The notes under the pieces: generated by a model
Told to the model about the DNA's origin: nothing
The model's database searches: none
Seen by the model: the letters and a program-made list of their open reading frames with translations, nothing else
Part shown: positions 48,301 through 57,041 of the stretch, in pieces
Layout: each line of letters begins with the position of its first letter
How positions within the stretch are numbered: position 1 is the stretch's first letter
From: a bacterium
GTDB taxonomy: Bacteria > Patescibacteriota > Dojkabacteria > SC72
Direction of reading: 5' to 3'
Length of the DNA: 60,403 nucleotides
Assembly: GCA_022840695.1 (NCBI GenBank)
Contig: JALHDC010000005.1
Location: 1 to 60,403, forward strand
Program-made: the position numbers and the translations under genes

Positions 48301-48712
48301 AAAAAAGGGAGAAGTAATGGCATTTCTAACGATTGAAGATAAAACTGCTAGAACTGATGCTATAGTATTCCCTCGAGTCTATCAGGAATTAAAAAGCGCA
48401 CTACAAGAAAATAAACCTATGCTTTTAGTAGGTAGATTAAATATAAGAGATGGAGAAAAGAGTGTAATTGTTCAAAAGGCAAAATATGTAGATGAAGCAA
48501 AATACTCATCGAAATTTGATGGTATTACATTTAGAATAAAGCCATCACATACACAAGAAGAAATTACAGAACTAAAGAAGTATATACAAGATTCTAATGG
48601 TGATATTCCTGTTAAAATAATAGTTAATAATGGAGAGGGGAATAAAACTGTAGTATTGAATAAAAAAATAGAAATAAACCAAGAAACAAAGAAATGGCTT
48701 AGAAAGTTCTAG
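45317..48712 (+). CDS. dnaE: DNA polymerase III alpha subunit
   Basis: FTHLHLHTEYSLLD PHP domain, RGSGCGS, FERFLNPER, PDFDIDI, YGFNKAHS, OB fold. Confidence 0.98.
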   Translation: MFTHLHLHTEYSLLDATIRVSDLIEKLQNSGMKSCAVTDHGSMYGIFKFQQQMKDAGLKPIIGCEIYIAPRSMHEKEFGIDNEYYHMVLLAKNLKGYKNLMKIVSVAHMEGFYYKPRIDIETLSKYTEGIIALSACLAGPLSKPILKSDPKLSRENAKKYKEMFKDSFYVEIQRNGMDEQNLVNEELLKISKELKLPLVATCDSHYLNKEDAEIQEILWCISDGYTMDDPNRRRMPTNEFYVKTPEEMQELFKDIPEALENTQKISDSVEEYNITFDRVEIPYPDLPKGETAKTYLKKLTYEGAKEKYEKVDKKLEERIEYELDIIHDKGYDDYFLVVRDIVKFCRENDIVVGMRGSGCGSVVAYAVDITVIEPISWELYFERFLNPERPSPPDFDIDIADKRRDEVINYTIQKYGAENVKQIGTFSKLQTRQAIRDVARVIGVDLTVADELSKMVEIVFGKAKSLDHMIEHNPEFAQIINSSDKTRHLAEIVRKVSGLCRGVSTHACGILITPLPVVEYCPIQKDAHGEGIGMTQYEMFDIEAVGLMKFDFLGLRNLNIIGAALKKIEKNKGIKIDLSKIDIQDEKSFDLLKSGHTIGIFQLESEGMKRTIRMLQPENMEDICYILSAYRPGPMQFIPEYANVKKGKQKPDYIVDELEPILSITNGVITYQEQVMKIAEIVAGYSLGAADILRRAMGKKKLDVMNAEKPTFIEGGLKNGFKKEDVEKLWERLVQFANYGFNKAHSASYATIAYWTAFLKANYPLEYMAALLEGDLEKFDRVILDLNECERLGIDVLPPDINKSDFYFTVEDEKSIRFGLAGIKNIGNDIVKYISKEKKENGQYKHLDDFVHRVFEEVSRKAIEYFIMAGTMDSFGDRNALLHVLEEIYNREKSERKTSQIGQIDIFSLNNGDNNAKYEIQKTPLPSDITTENSQALQWEKELLGLYFSSHPLDCLEDFFQDRNVIPLAEALDIKKNNDNLILGVMVTKVRKITTKKGEVMAFLTIEDKTARTDAIVFPRVYQELKSALQENKPMLLVGRLNIRDGEKSVIVQKAKYVDEAKYSSKFDGITFRIKPSHTQEEITELKKYIQDSNGDIPVKIIVNNGEGNKTVVLNKKIEINQETKKWLRKF

Positions 48713-48729
48713 AATTGGTATAATACTGT

Positions 48730-50187
48730 ATGAATAAAGAAATACTTGATACATTACCCAACAAACCAGGTATATATAAATTTCTAAATGAAGATGAAGA
48801 AATTCTCTATATTGGAAAGGCCATAAACCTTAGAAATAGGGTTAAATCATACTTTGCTAATGAATTAACAGATAGACCAAGAATTAAACAAATGATTCCT
48901 TTGATAAAGGATATTCAAGTAGTAGAAACTAATAATGAAATAGAATCATTAGTTCTAGAATCTATTTTAATAAAAAAACATAAACCTTTCTATAACTCAG
49001 ACAAAAAAGATGATAAATCATATGCTTGGATATACATATCAACCAAGGAAAAATTTCCTACAGTCGAAATTGTTCGAAAAATATCTAACAACGATCTTAA
49101 AAAAGGACGAATATTTGGTCCATATCCCTCATCCACATCTACTAAAAGAATATTCTCATACTTAAGAAAAATATATCCATTCTGTACATGTAAAAAAGAA
49201 AACAGCAGAGAGTGCCTATACTTTCACCTTGGACTATGTCCTGGTCCACACCAAGGGCATATATCAGAAAAAGATTATAGAAAAAATATTAATGAAATAA
49301 TTAAGTTTCTAAACGGAAGAAAAAGAGGGCATATATCAGAATTGGAAAAAGAAATGAAAATATATTCCAAAAACAAAGAGTATGAAAAAGCCGCTCAGTT
49401 GCGAGATCGTATAAACGATTTGAAATACTTAGGAGAGAAAATAGATTTTGAAATGAATGACACAGAACTCTCATATGTAGAAAGAAGAAAAAGAGTACTA
49501 AAGGAAAATTTTCTAGATCTAAAAGAAGAATTGGGAATTAAAAAATTAGACAGAATCGAATGTTATGACATATCAAATATCCAAGGCAAACTAAGCTACG
49601 GCTCTATGGTTGTTGCTCAAGATGGAGAAATAAGAAGAAGTGAGTATAGGATTTTTAAAATAAGAAATATTGATACTCCGAATGATCCTGCGATGTTAAG
49701 AAGTATCTTAGAAAGAAGATTCAATACTAAAAATTTAGAAAAATATACTCTCCTTCCAGACATAGTATTAGTTGATGGAGGAAAATCACAACTATCTGTT
49801 TTGAAAGAAAGTATTCCCAAAACAGTATTTCTCGTAGGAATTAGTAAAGGAAAAAGATTAAAAAGACAAGGTAAAAAGAAATTGGATGAATTTTGGGTAG
49901 TAATTGGTAATGAAATAAAAAGGATTGACATAGAAAACAAATCAATATTGATAGATCTTAGAGATGAAGCTCACAGATTCGCAATTCTTCATCACAGAAA
50001 AGCAAGAATTAGAGAGTCAAAGAAATCAGTTTTGGCAGATATAGAGGGAGTTGGAGAAAAACGAAGAAAATTACTAATAACAAAGTTCAAGGACATAGAT
50101 GGAATAAAGAAGGCTACAGAAGATGATTTAAACAATATTTTAAAAAATAAAAGAATTGCAAAAAATATCTTTAAATATTTTCATTAA
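48730..50187 (+). CDS. uvrC: Excinuclease ABC subunit C
   Basis: PGIY...LYIGKA.NLRNRVKSYF GIY-YIG, YEKAAQLRDRI UVR, IECYDISNI, VDGGKSQ, LRDEAHRFA, HhH. Confidence 0.95.
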   Translation: MNKEILDTLPNKPGIYKFLNEDEEILYIGKAINLRNRVKSYFANELTDRPRIKQMIPLIKDIQVVETNNEIESLVLESILIKKHKPFYNSDKKDDKSYAWIYISTKEKFPTVEIVRKISNNDLKKGRIFGPYPSSTSTKRIFSYLRKIYPFCTCKKENSRECLYFHLGLCPGPHQGHISEKDYRKNINEIIKFLNGRKRGHISELEKEMKIYSKNKEYEKAAQLRDRINDLKYLGEKIDFEMNDTELSYVERRKRVLKENFLDLKEELGIKKLDRIECYDISNIQGKLSYGSMVVAQDGEIRRSEYRIFKIRNIDTPNDPAMLRSILERRFNTKNLEKYTLLPDIVLVDGGKSQLSVLKESIPKTVFLVGISKGKRLKRQGKKKLDEFWVVIGNEIKRIDIENKSILIDLRDEAHRFAILHHRKARIRESKKSVLADIEGVGEKRRKLLITKFKDIDGIKKATEDDLNNILKNKRIAKNIFKYFH

Positions 50188-51299
50188 TTCTTCTCTTTGC
50201 TCTGAGGCTTCAAATTGGATAATACATATTCCAAAAACGAATTATCTTGTAGATCACTATCGATTACATATATAACCCCATCGTAACTATTTGGAGTAAC
50301 TATAACATCATGGTTATTTCCTAAATTGCTTCTTATATCCCCTCTTAAACCTACACCCGATTCCGTATACATAATCATCGTATTATTTATATTCCAACTT
50401 TCTTCATCTGCATTTTCGTTTAGAATATCAATGTAATCTCTTAAAAAATCATCTAAACCTTTTCCTCCGGAAGCTCCAACAGGCATTATTACTACAGTAT
50501 TCTCTGTCCCAATTTGTTGAAATTGTACAGACCTCATATTATTGTAGGGGGCAACTTTATAATTAATCACATACTCCTTTGGTACTTTCATAACCCAAGG
50601 GAAATCAGGAAGTAGATCTTGTGGCTCGTCACTAGTTAACAAAAGATCTCTTTCTACCTCTCTAACGACTCTCTCTCTCAAACCAGTAATTGCTTCCTGT
50701 TCAGATATTAACTCATACCAAATATCGCTAAATTTAGAATAAATTCTTAATCCCTTTCCATCTTTAATCCAATATTGACCATCCTTCATTTCCTCAGACC
50801 CTATATCCACAGAAAGTACTAAGTTCCAACCCAATTCAGGCAAGACCTCAGTATAATAATCATAAACATCAACAATAGATACTCCTGGAAGTAATCTATA
50901 TGCTGAATTACCAGAGCTTAAGAAATTTGCTACAGAAGTTTCATCTAGTGTATTTAGAAATATAAACTCAGATTCAGGAAATGCAGGAACCGAATCTATT
51001 CCGATTACATATTCAGTTGAATTCTCAGTATCTTCACCAGAATTTCTCAATTTTACAATTAATAGGGCAGAACCATAGAATAGGGCTATAGCAAAAATAA
51101 CAATCAATAAATAGAAAAAGAATGATGGTATAGAGAATTTTCTTCTAGATGCATGGACTTTTGTAGATTTCTTTTTAAAGAATGAAAAAGATTTTCTTTT
51201 TCGAATAACCTGAGTAGCTGGTTTCTTATACGGCATATATACATTACTACTTTTTGTGGACTGTTTTCCTCTTGTTTTTTTTCTTTTTAGTAGGGGCAT
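50184..51299 (-). CDS. Hypothetical protein: basic N-terminus, single TM, extracellular domain
   Basis: 371-aa ORF; no catalytic motif recognised. Confidence 0.75.
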   Translation of the reverse strand: MPLLKRKKTRGKQSTKSSNVYMPYKKPATQVIRKRKSFSFFKKKSTKVHASRRKFSIPSFFFYLLIVIFAIALFYGSALLIVKLRNSGEDTENSTEYVIGIDSVPAFPESEFIFLNTLDETSVANFLSSGNSAYRLLPGVSIVDVYDYYTEVLPELGWNLVLSVDIGSEEMKDGQYWIKDGKGLRIYSKFSDIWYELISEQEAITGLRERVVREVERDLLLTSDEPQDLLPDFPWVMKVPKEYVINYKVAPYNNMRSVQFQQIGTENTVVIMPVGASGGKGLDDFLRDYIDILNENADEESWNINNTMIMYTESGVGLRGDIRSNLGNNHDVIVTPNSYDGVIYVIDSDLQDNSFLEYVLSNLKPQSKEKN

Positions 51300-51355
51300 A
51301 TTTCAATTGATTATATTACAAATTAATTAACACATGTAGTATAATTTCGACATAT

Positions 51356-51429
51356 TGCGGGGTCGTCTAATGGTAGGACACCGGCCTTTGAAGCCGTGAA
51401 TCATGGTTCGAGTCCATGCCCCGCAACCA
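51356..51429 (+). tRNA. tRNA-Gln(TTG)
   Basis: TGCGGGG/CCCCGCA acceptor, loop CTTTGAA, encoded CCA. Confidence 0.94.
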
Positions 51430-51481
51430 TTATTTCAGCAAAAACATGGTCATAAAGCTGCTATTGTTTTATAATTAGAAA

Positions 51482-52276
51482 ATGGACAACAGCGATATCT
51501 CCTCAATAGAAGATAACGAACCAATGACAAGAAGAGATTTTTTAAAGTCATCTTCAAAACTATTAGCTGCAGGTTTTGTTTTGCCCGTAATGCAAAGTAT
51601 GTCCCACTATTCTGAGAATCCTGAAATTGGTGAGTTAAGTGAAGCAGAAATTGAATTTATAGCCAATCATGAAATTGTAGAAGGAGATACAGATAGGAAT
51701 GTTGTTATGATGACTTATGACGACATGGGCACAGAAGAACAGATCGAGAAAATTCTAGCAGCTTATAGACCATATCCTAACTGCAAAGCCTCGTTCTTTT
51801 ATTTGGGAGACAAGCTAGAGTGGAGTGCAAAATCTATTCAAAAAATTGTAGAAGAGGGACATCTTCTAGGTTCTCATTTTTGGAATCATTCCCAAATGTC
51901 TACTTTATCCTCAGATAGAATTGAAAGATGGTTCGAGCTAAATATCTCGGCACTTGATAAAGTAATCCCTGGTTACAAAATGAAATATTTTAGGATGCCA
52001 TATGGAGATGGGGTCAGTAATAAAAGAATATTAAATATTGCAGCAAAATTCGGGTTACAACATGTATATTGGTCAATGGGAAGTAACGGTACAGTATCAG
52101 ATACTTATCAAAAGGTTCTATGGGCTGTAAAACCCGGTTCTATTGTACTATCTCATATACATAGATACTATGATTATACCCAAGCTAATTTGATAGTAGA
52201 CGGATTATTAGAAAAAGGTTTCTCCCTTGAAACAATAGATACTGGTAAGAAACCTGCAGACAGATTCTCTCCGTAA
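51482..52276 (+). CDS. Polysaccharide deacetylase (NodB/CE4) with twin-arginine-like leader
   Basis: MTYDD, GSHFWNH, YFRMPYG, VLSH; MTRRDFLK near the N-terminus. Confidence 0.88.
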   Translation: MDNSDISSIEDNEPMTRRDFLKSSSKLLAAGFVLPVMQSMSHYSENPEIGELSEAEIEFIANHEIVEGDTDRNVVMMTYDDMGTEEQIEKILAAYRPYPNCKASFFYLGDKLEWSAKSIQKIVEEGHLLGSHFWNHSQMSTLSSDRIERWFELNISALDKVIPGYKMKYFRMPYGDGVSNKRILNIAAKFGLQHVYWSMGSNGTVSDTYQKVLWAVKPGSIVLSHIHRYYDYTQANLIVDGLLEKGFSLETIDTGKKPADRFSP

Positions 52277-52288
52277 TAATAATAGTAA

Positions 52289-52525
52289 TTATGAATATCT
52301 AAAACTTCTTAGTAAATTGGACACTTTGTTTTTAACCTGGTTTAGTAATTCATTGTTAGTAATTCCTCCAATTGCATCTAATATACTCTCAAGTTCCTCT
52401 TCATTAAATAATACTGATTTTTCTTCTTCTTTATTTTCTAAAGCAATATTCAATTTCTCTATATATATTAATTTCAAAATTTCTCCTATTTCATCATTAT
52501 TTAACAACAATGTTCCTCTGTTCAT
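52289..52525 (-). CDS. Small hypothetical protein
   Basis: 78-aa ORF starting 4 nt after the uvrB stop. Confidence 0.7.
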   Translation of the reverse strand: MNRGTLLLNNDEIGEILKLIYIEKLNIALENKEEEKSVLFNEEELESILDAIGGITNNELLNQVKNKVSNLLRSFRYS

Positions 52526-52529
52526 ATAA

Positions 52530-54491
52530 TCAAAGACTTAATTTAATTTCTTTAATCTCATCTCTCAATTGAGCTGCTTGTTCAAATTGCAAATTATCAG
52601 CAGCTATGATCATTTTTTGCTCAAGATCTCTAATTAATAATCTTTTCTGCTTTTCGTCTAACTTTTCTATATCTATATCAGCATCTTTACTTTCTTCTGT
52701 ATCCACTAACCTTCCTCGAATCTCCTTTTCTATACTCTTAGGTGTAATTCCATTTTTTTCATTATATTCGATCTGATACTTTCTCCTTCTTTCTGTTTCC
52801 TCTATTGCATATTTCATACTCTCAGTAATATGATCAGCATACATAATAACTCTTCCCTCAACATGTCTAGCAGCTCTTCCAATAGTTTGTACCAAACTGA
52901 CTTTAGATCTTAGGAAGCCTTCTTTGTCAGCATCCAATATAATAACCAAGGAAACCTCAGGTAAGTCAATGCCTTCTCTTAAGAGATTAATTCCAACTAA
53001 AACATCATACTCTCCTAATCTTAAATCTCTCAAAATATCCACTCTTTCAACAGTATCTACATCTGAATGTAAATACTGTACTTTAATATCCAGCTCTTTC
53101 AAAAATAATGTTAAATCCTCAGCCATCTTTTTAGTTAATGTGGTTACAAGAACCCTTTGTTCCTTCTTAATATTCTTATTTATTTCATTAATCACATCAT
53201 CTATTTGACCCTCTGTTTTCCTAACCTCTACAGAAGGATCCAGGAGGCCTGTAGGCCTTGTTAACAGTTCTACAACATGTTTGTTACTATCCTTAACTTC
53301 CCACTCAGATGGAGTAGCTGAAATATATACGGTTGTACCCTGCCTCTTTCTAAATTCATTAAAATTCAACGGTCTATTATCTCTTGCTGTAGGCAATCTG
53401 AATCCATACTCAATCAAATTATCCTTTCTTGCCTTATCTCCATTGTACATTCCACCAATCTGAGGAATTGTGATATGTGATTCATCTATGAACATTAAAT
53501 AATCTTTTGGAAAATAGTTAAGAAGTGTATATGGAGGCTCTCCACTTTTTCTTCCATCAAAATATATACTGTAATTTTCCATACTCTTACAATATCCAAC
53601 CTGTTCTAACATCTCCAAATCATAATTTGTTTTCTGTTCCAAACGATATGCTTCTAAATCTTTCCCAATATTCTTTAAAAACAGTACACGATCATTTAAA
53701 TCCCTCCTTATCCTATCTACCGCTCCTTTTATAATATCCTCAGAATATACCAATGAAGTTGCAGGAAAGATTAAAGCCTCTTTTAAATCCATTAATTTCT
53801 GCTTTGTAAGCGGATGTACTTTAGCTATATTCTCTATTTTATTCCCCCACAATTCAATTCTGTATGAAAATTCCTCATACGGTGGAAATATTTCAACAAT
53901 ATCTCCATTAATTCTAAATACTCCCGTTGTAAAATCAAAAGAATCTCTATCATATCTCATGGATACTAATTCTAAAGAAAGTTCAGATATATTTATTTCT
54001 TGTCCTACATACAGAGATATACTCTTGTTCTCATAGTTTTGTGGATCACCGATATTGTATATACAAGATACCGAAGCCACCACTATGGTATCTCTTCTTG
54101 TTAATGCTGAATTCATTGCTCCAAATCTCAAGTTCTCAATTTCCTTGTTAACTTCAGACTCTTTCTCAATATATAAATCTTTGGCTGGAATATATGCTTC
54201 TGGTTGATAGTAATCATAATATGACACAAAATATTTTACAGAATTATTGGGGAAAAACTCTTTAAATTCCTCATACAATTGAGCAGCAAGTGTTTTGTTA
54301 TGCGATATAACAAGTGTTGGTCTATTCAAATTCTCAATAATATTTGCCATGACAAATGTTTTACCTGAGCCCGTTACTCCAAGCAATGTTTGCTTTTCAT
54401 TGCCTGCTCCAACACCATTTACCAAATTTTCAATAGCAACTTGCTGATCTGGCGATACATTGTATGGTTTTTTTAATTCAAACTTTCCCAT
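52530..54491 (-). CDS. uvrB: Excinuclease ABC subunit B
   Basis: LGVTGSGKT, YFVSYYDYYQPEAY, IDESH, RDNRPL, INLLREGIDLPEV, QTIGRAAR; start placed at ATG 54491 (5 nt after TGCTAGAAT). Confidence 0.97.
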   Translation of the reverse strand: MGKFELKKPYNVSPDQQVAIENLVNGVGAGNEKQTLLGVTGSGKTFVMANIIENLNRPTLVISHNKTLAAQLYEEFKEFFPNNSVKYFVSYYDYYQPEAYIPAKDLYIEKESEVNKEIENLRFGAMNSALTRRDTIVVASVSCIYNIGDPQNYENKSISLYVGQEINISELSLELVSMRYDRDSFDFTTGVFRINGDIVEIFPPYEEFSYRIELWGNKIENIAKVHPLTKQKLMDLKEALIFPATSLVYSEDIIKGAVDRIRRDLNDRVLFLKNIGKDLEAYRLEQKTNYDLEMLEQVGYCKSMENYSIYFDGRKSGEPPYTLLNYFPKDYLMFIDESHITIPQIGGMYNGDKARKDNLIEYGFRLPTARDNRPLNFNEFRKRQGTTVYISATPSEWEVKDSNKHVVELLTRPTGLLDPSVEVRKTEGQIDDVINEINKNIKKEQRVLVTTLTKKMAEDLTLFLKELDIKVQYLHSDVDTVERVDILRDLRLGEYDVLVGINLLREGIDLPEVSLVIILDADKEGFLRSKVSLVQTIGRAARHVEGRVIMYADHITESMKYAIEETERRRKYQIEYNEKNGITPKSIEKEIRGRLVDTEESKDADIDIEKLDEKQKRLLIRDLEQKMIIAADNLQFEQAAQLRDEIKEIKLSL

Positions 54492-54533
54492 ATCGTATTC
54501 TAGCAAATATATTAATGTGTTAGAATAATGTAT

Positions 54534-56326
54534 ATGCAGAAACCAAAATTAAACAAACTATCTCCTGAAATAATAAATCAAATTGCTGCCGGTGAGGTTA
54601 TAGAAAGACCGGCTTCAATTGTAAAAGAATTAGTAGATAATTCAATAGATGCTCAATCAACCAAAATTGAAATAAAGGTTAAGAATGGAGGAATCGATTT
54701 AATAGAGGTTTCAGATAATGGTATTGGTATTCCAAAAGAAAATATTTCTTCGGCTTTTGATTCTCATACCACTTCCAAAATTGAAAAGATAGAGGATTTA
54801 AACACACTTTTAAGCTTGGGATTTAGAGGAGAGGCTCTTTCTACTATTACTTCTGTATCAAGAGTTAAACTTGTATCAAAGTTCCAATCAGAGGATTTAG
54901 GAAATGAGATAAATTATAATGAGAATGGGAAATCCTTAGTAAAAAGTGCAGCAAAAGAACAGGGAACTACAGTTAATGTTGAAAATATTTTTTACAATAT
55001 TCCTGCTAGATTTAAATATCTTAAAACTGCACAAACGGAATACAGAAAAATCTATGAATTATTACTTAATTATTTTCTAATATTCCCCAATATCCACTTT
55101 ATTCTATACAAAGATGGAAAGATAGTCGTGGATACATCACTTGTTCCAAATAGTAAGGCTGGTGAGATATCTGAGGAAAGAGTAACAAAGTTTTTAGGAA
55201 GTCATAATTTTTTAAAACTATTCTCTGATGGTGCTGGGATTAAGATTAATGGATATATAGCTCACCCATCTACACATAAATCCAAGAGCTCCAACTCGTA
55301 TATCTTTCTCAATAACAGACCAATCACTGATAGGGGGATTATGAGAGCAATATATGAAGGATATTCAAGATATCTACCATATGGAGAAAAAATTTTGTTA
55401 ATATAAATATTAATCCTGAACTTGTTGATGTTAATGTACATCCAAGAAAAGAAGAGGTAAGATTTGAAAATCCCTTTAGAATATATTCTGCAATAGAGGA
55501 AGCAGTAAAACATACACTGAACAAAGAACTCTCTTTTGAGAATACAAATAGCTCAGAATCTAAACTTAATGAAAACTCCTTCTCTTCATTTAGAGATCGT
55601 TTTAATAAACCGAAAAAGGAGTATGGACAAAATAATCTATATTTAAAAAACAAATCATCCTCTGTAAAAGATACATTACTCTTCTCTAAAGAGCTTCTAA
55701 AAAGCTCATCATCACCTGAATATGATTCATTTCAACAAAATAATGATCACAATGATATTGTTAATATCTTCCAGCTATTTAACAAATACATTGTTGTCGA
55801 GTTTGTAAATGAAAACCTTTGGATAATTGATCAGCATGCGGCTGCTGAAAGAATAAATTTTGAAAAGCTTTCGAATAATTCTAAAGATCTAGATATACAA
55901 AACTTTCTTGTTCCAGTAGAGCTCTCTATGAAAAAAGAAGAAATACTGTTTTTAGAAGAAAACAAAAAATTTTTCTCTGATCTGGGAATTCAGTTTGATA
56001 TAAAGAAAGAAAAAATTCTTCTCAAAACTGTTCCTGTAGAATTTGCTAATTCTGATTTTCAAAAAATATTCTATGAAATATTCGAGTTGGAAGAAAATCT
56101 TTCTCTACTAAAAAAGAATTTCAAGAAATTAAGAGATGATGTTTTAGCAACAATATCATGTCACACAAGTGTTAGAAGTGGACAAAAGCTTACAAGAGAG
56201 AGTATGCTAGATTTGTATGAAAGACTCTCTAAGTGTGAAAATCCATATAGCTGTCCTCATGGTAGGCCTGCAATTTGGAGACTAACACTGGATGAGATAG
56301 ATCATAATTTTGAAAGAACATATTAA
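54534..56326 (+). pseudogene. mutL: DNA mismatch repair protein MutL with one -1 frameshift near 55387-55406 (real or sequencing indel)
   Basis: IAAGEVIERPAS, DNGIGI, GFRGEAL; stop at 55404-55406; the -1 frame continues NINPELVDVNVHPRKEEVRF...DQHAAAERI...CPHGRP to 56326. Confidence 0.85.
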
Positions 56327-57036
56327 TGAACAAAGGAAAACTTTTTTTACTTCCCACACCAATATCTAAAGATCAAAATGTTACTGATATTCTCTTACCG
56401 ATGTATTTGAATTCAATTAGATCCATTGAATATTTTGTAGTAGAAACACCCAAAATTGCTAGAAGTTTTCTAAAAGATTTACCATTTGAAAAAAAGATTC
56501 AAGACTTGCATATAGAATCTTTAAATGAACACACACAGAAAGAAGAAATAAAAGAATTAATTGCACCACTACTTTCCGGAAATGATATAGCCTTACTCTC
56601 TGATGCTGGCATTCCAACAGTAGCTGATCCTGGATATAAATTAGTGTCATTAGCTCAAAAGGAAGGAGTTAAGATCGTACCGTTGATAGGACCATCTTCT
56701 ATATTATTAGCATTAATGGCTTCCGGTTTAAATGGTCAATCTTTTGCTTTTCATGGATATCTTCCAAAGGAGAAAGGTTTAAAGAGAAAAAGAATAAAAT
56801 CCTTAGAGAAAGTGGCTATGAATACTCATCAAACACAAATTTTTATGGAAACACCGTATAAAAATCAGCATATGTTAGAAGATATTTTAGAAGTTTGTGA
56901 AGAAACAAGTATGCTTTGTATTGCTCAAAATATAATGAGTTCAAATGAATATATCGTTACAAAAAGTATTGGTGAATGGAGAAAAGAACCTATTATATTA
57001 GATAAAACTCCATGTCTTTTTTTAATTAACACATAA
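56326..57036 (+). CDS. RsmI-like tetrapyrrole-methylase family methyltransferase
   Basis: KLFLLPTPI, LSDAGIPTVADPG, GPSSILLALMASG, FMETPYKN. Confidence 0.85.
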   Translation: MNKGKLFLLPTPISKDQNVTDILLPMYLNSIRSIEYFVVETPKIARSFLKDLPFEKKIQDLHIESLNEHTQKEEIKELIAPLLSGNDIALLSDAGIPTVADPGYKLVSLAQKEGVKIVPLIGPSSILLALMASGLNGQSFAFHGYLPKEKGLKRKRIKSLEKVAMNTHQTQIFMETPYKNQHMLEDILEVCEETSMLCIAQNIMSSNEYIVTKSIGEWRKEPIILDKTPCLFLINT

Positions 57037-57041
57037 TACAA

